Assembly (NCBI GenBank): GCA_021613535.1
Contig: CP075496.1
Coordinates: 8,122,001-8,186,000 of the forward strand
DNA from: Adineta vaga
Lineage: Eukaryota; Animalia; Rotifera
Length of the DNA stretch: 64,000 bases
Direction of reading: 5' to 3'
Below, one piece after another: positions 60,043 through 64,000 of the stretch. A model generated the notes under the pieces. It worked only from the letters and a program-made list of their open reading frames with translations. It made no database searches and was not told the origin of the DNA. A program made the translations under genes and the position numbers. The stretch's first letter is position 1; every line of letters starts with the position of its first letter.

Positions 60043-61719
60043 TTATCGTATCAATTATAAAGATTTCATTTTAACATAAACATACACTTGTTTCTTCGAA
60101 TACTGTCATTTGCATTTTGTACACTAACGTTCTCTTCTTTTTCTTTCATTCAAAACATTAAAAAGATGTTAACAAGTTGTTTTTCTTTTCTGAAATACTG
60201 AAGACAAACATTTAAATGGACGTACGATTTTTAAGAGAATAATTATATGCAATTTATTCGATGAAAAGCTAAAAATCTGTTGTTAACACGTTGATTTTTT
60301 GGTAGCAAGAGCGACAGAGAAATGTATGTAAATGAGAAGCCAAACATGTACTGTTTACTATGAAAATAGCAGATTAGTCTTATGAGAAAGATCACAAAAA
60401 ATCAACAACAAATATAATGTGTATTACGACGGTTAAATTTTAAGCACATTTATTTAAAGTATGGAAGATTAAAATGAATATCAAGTTTAGAATCTGAGAG
60501 TTCCAATATATCTTATTTTATTAATGCTCTATAAAGTACAATATAAAAAACTTTGATTATATAATGACTATTCGAACAAGTTTATATTCTTTATAACTTG
60601 TTACCTTCTAGATTATATTGATATTACTGTTCGAGGGAAAGTATTGTCGATCATTGAATTAAAATCTTGATTTAATTCCACATTTGTTCAAAAAAATATT
60701 TTTTAAACAAGAACATTTAACAGAATGAAATAATGTACATACTATTATTTGATAGAATTGAAATTAATCACTGATATAACAACATCAACTAATTTGATAA
60801 CATTGGATTCTTAGAAAAAGTCAAAAATCGTATGGGAATTAGGTAACTCTCTTTAAAATTTAAATTTCACAAAATTTTCTAATTCAACGCAATCTATTAT
60901 TTAAAATAAAACCTTTTTCTTACTATTTAGGATTTAAATGAAATTGTATTTCAATATCATGTCGTTTGACTCTTGTCTTTGGAGTAGATCGCTATTTCGC
61001 AATTCATATTAATAGACATGTAAAGATTGAGATTCGAATAAATAGGTTTGTTCTATACCCCATATATTTTATCTATTAGAAAAACTTAAGCTTTAATTCT
61101 AAGAATACGCATGGGAATGTATGAATAATCCAAGAACATATGACAACAAGAAAATGATAGTGCAAAACTATCTTATTTTCTAATCTATACTATAAGTCTA
61201 TACTATTTACTCAAACAATTAATGTATTCTTTCAATGCATGGTTGAAATGCGCTGAAATATTGATAATATCTTACTTAGATTTTTCATGCATTTGCTTGA
61301 TCATAGTAACCGTTGTATCATAAACAGTTAGTCGATATTGTTGTCTTTCAATTTTGATTTCTTTTCTATTCGAAACGACATTCAGTAGATTTATGTACCA
61401 TCTCGTTTGGTCAATATTAATGTTTTTGTTTTAACGTAATATCAACTATCTCATTCCAATGTAATTGAAAACATTTGATATTCGATCACACATGTTCGAC
61501 TATAATATTCATTCAAATCATTAATTTAATGAAATACACATTCACTATCACTTATATATTTCCAATAGTCGATTTTTCTTATCCAACTATTCTTTTGAAA
61601 TCTGTTCAACACATGTGGAAATAAAACATCGACTACAAGCATGATATTCAGAAATTGGATTATTCTCTATTAATTATTTTCTTTGAAAATTTCTTACAAC
61701 ATTCATTCTAACAACGCAA

Positions 61720-62477
61720 GATGTACGAATTAGTTTTATAGTATTCATATTTAATTGGATACTATTCATCAATGCGAAAGAATTTATCAAAAGTCCAAGT
61801 AAGTCACAACAACATTGATTATTTCATCTGTTAACTTTGTTTTTCATTGTAGAAAATGAAACATTACTTATCGGTCAAATTCACAGTCAAACAGGAAATA
61901 CAATCCGTGATCTGTCCAGTTTAATGTTTACCATGAATGTTTAAACAAAGAATAATATACTCTTTCATAGTTCACAAAAACTTCTAACAACTAATATATT
62001 TCCATTCGATTATTCAATTGTGCTAAATGATGATGATTTGGAAGTTCAACATGCCAAAGATTTCGAGATCGTTTCAACAATATGGTAACCTGTCTATATC
62101 TACGATGAGAATGTGAAATTGTACATGAAAAACATGATTTAAATCATACATTATCAACGCAACAACTAAAACTAATTCTCATCGAAGATAAAGAACCGAA
62201 TACAGTTGTTGATCAAATAATTTTTACATGTACATCAAAAACCTATCCATGTCCATTTGAATATTGAATTGATTCTCTACATGTGAAACCTAATGTTTCT
62301 TATCGTCTTGAAGCAATGTTTGCTGATCGAATGATATCAAAAACAAAATTAAATGATTTAAAACATTTGAATAAAACTTCTCATACAAAAACTAATCGTC
62401 CTCGAACGTTTAAAATCAATCCAACAATGAGCACGAATATACATGATTATCGAATTGTTCTTATAAATTCAGAATAA
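61720..62477 (+). pseudogene. Probable decaying gene: protein-like exons with splice sites, in-frame TGAs at 62106 and 62265, no clear start
   Basis: Donor gtaagt at 61799 and acceptor at 61852; frame VTCLYLR*ECEIVH..KTYPCPFEY*IDSLHVKPNVSYRLEAMF continues through both stops. Confidence 0.45.
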
Positions 62478-62875
62478 ACATATAAGAAACATTCAAACTG
62501 ATTTGAGTGTACTGCAATGTGATGAAAATATTTCTTTTTCGTCATAAAAATGTACTGAAAAAATATCGTCAAAATTTCAATTTTAGAGAAACAAATGTAA
62601 AGCAAATCTTTAGTATGCATTCTGTTTCATGATAAAATGTAAATCATAGTTTATCAGTTAATTCTATACAAAAAATTTTCTGTGTTGAGAATAATGATCA
62701 TTGATATTATCATCATAAAAGAAGAATATACGTTTCACGATGGAATGGATTTCTTTTTTATTTTCACTCAAACATTATCACAAAAAAAAATATTATATTG
62801 AAATAGATTCACACGGTAAGCGGATTGCCGTTGAATCAGATTTGTTTTTAGTGTTAATATGAAATCTTTTTTTTT

Positions 62876-64000
<1,125 letters not shown>

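Noticed and set aside
60930-61500. Fragment LTLVFGVDRYFAIH resembling a GPCR DRY motif, with nearby splice-like sites
   Set aside because: Stops in all frames and no other GPCR motifs could be assembled; possibly a relic but unsupported.
62517-62548. Hairpin downstream of the TGA-interrupted frame as a possible SECIS
   Set aside because: Simple Watson-Crick stem without the UGAN/NGAN quartet geometry.

Overview
This is AT-rich, gene-dense eukaryotic (animal) DNA with many short (~50-65 bp) GT-AG introns. The intron size, composition, a TPR/ART-like family gene and a bacterial-type gene carrying an intron suggest a bdelloid rotifer (inference, not proven). I reconstruct about 25 protein-coding loci by hand-splicing. 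In order: sirtuin (3' part), D-amino-acid oxidase, zeta-COP, two tandem rhodopsin-type GPCRs, GUCD1, Tctex1-domain protein, a small 8-Cys secreted peptide (absent from the ORF track), calcineurin A, ULK4 with an antisense gene interleaved in its introns, an alpha/beta hydrolase with a membrane tail, EVI5-like TBC protein, FHL-like LIM protein, a prohormone-like secreted peptide, band 4.1/coracle FERM protein, TPR/ART-like protein, AP-2, aquaporin, bacterial-type GH13 glycosidase, CAP/SCP protein, SoxB, two related orphan genes, a probable pseudogene, and AHCY (3' part). I found no rRNA, tRNA, CRISPR array or intact transposon. I cannot point to one multi-gene novel system. The best leads are the 8-Cys peptide, the prohormone-like gene, the interleaved gene in ULK4, the intron-bearing bacterial-type GH13 beside a divergent aquaporin, and an internal first exon in EVI5. 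All splice models are manual and need RNA-seq confirmation.
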